Position numbers and translations under genes: made by a program | Notes under the pieces: model-generated | The model's database searches: none | What the model was told of the DNA's origin: nothing | Seen by the model: only the letters and a program-made list of their open reading frames with translations | Part shown: positions 63,750-64,000 of the stretch, piece after piece | Layout of the letters: each line of letters opens with the position of its first letter | Position numbering within the stretch: position 1 is the first letter of the stretch | Assembly: GCA_030690305.1 (NCBI GenBank) | Contig: JAUYHB010000006.1 | Coordinates: 5,668 to 69,667, forward strand | Direction of reading: 5' to 3' | DNA length: 64,000 bases | DNA from: a bacterium | GTDB taxonomy: Bacteria > Patescibacteriota > Minisyncoccia > Phycocordibacterales > JAGLPS01

Positions 63750-64000
63750 CTATTCGTGTTCACTGCGAATGCGCCCGCCGAGAGTACGAAGTTCCGCCAG
63801 CGCTTTTTGCGCCTCTTCTTTATTCGGCGGTTTTCCGTGCCATTCATACTTTCGTTCAAATTCGGCAACACCTTTTCCTGGAATTGTGTGAGCAATAATC
63901 ACACTGGGTTTTTCAAAAATGGCTTTGGCTTCGTTAACCGCGTCAATAATTTCTTCAAAGTTATGTCCATCGATTTCCAATACGTGCCAGTTCCACGCTT
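63750..64000 (-). CDS. Transketolase, N-terminal subunit (3' part only; 5' end outside window)
   Basis: IDGHN, HTIPGKGV, WHGKPP. Confidence 0.9.
   Translation of the reverse strand, partial: AWNWHVLEIDGHNFEEIIDAVNEAKAIFEKPSVIIAHTIPGKGVAEFERKYEWHGKPPNKEEAQKALAELRTLGGRIRSEHE

Noticed and set aside
1-64000. CRISPR array, rRNA genes, or genetic code 25 recoding
   Set aside because: No regularly spaced direct repeats or rRNA signatures were seen; conserved genes are full length in code 11 and TGA terminates rpoB and others.

Overview
Bacterial chromosomal segment in genetic code 11 (TGA is used as a stop, e.g. rpoB). Gene content and domain streamlining point, by inference, to a Patescibacteria/CPR (Parcubacteria-like) genome. 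The backbone is housekeeping: typA, hisS, rpoB-rpoC-dnaG-rpoD, tgt, trmD, khpA-rpsP, rnr, smc, rnc-nusB-rpmF, rnhB, dnaE, thrS, gyrB, pheST, tRNA-Thr, tsf-rpsB, prfA-rpmE, rplY and a split transketolase. No CRISPR array, rRNA, intact transposase or prophage is visible. Most notable observations: (1) PheT has a catalytically intact NlpC/P60 cysteine-peptidase domain inserted in its B5 domain and is followed directly by a C39-like peptidase gene. (2) A secreted 256-aa protein carries short motifs resembling VgrG/phage spike-hub signatures plus a type III needle/filament-like C-terminus. (3) About 13 orphan genes sit in self-contained cassettes (sigma70 promoter, often a boxA-like GTTCTTT motif, AAAGGAGG Shine-Dalgarno, terminator), whereas core genes lack SD and many look leaderless; the cargo includes an outer-membrane beta-barrel and a YadA-like protein in a lineage thought to lack an outer membrane. 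(4) NusB is fused to a Nudix domain, HisRS lacks its anticodon domain, SMC lacks a hinge, and two intergenic regions look like structured RNAs. All family calls come from motif recognition by eye; no searches were run.
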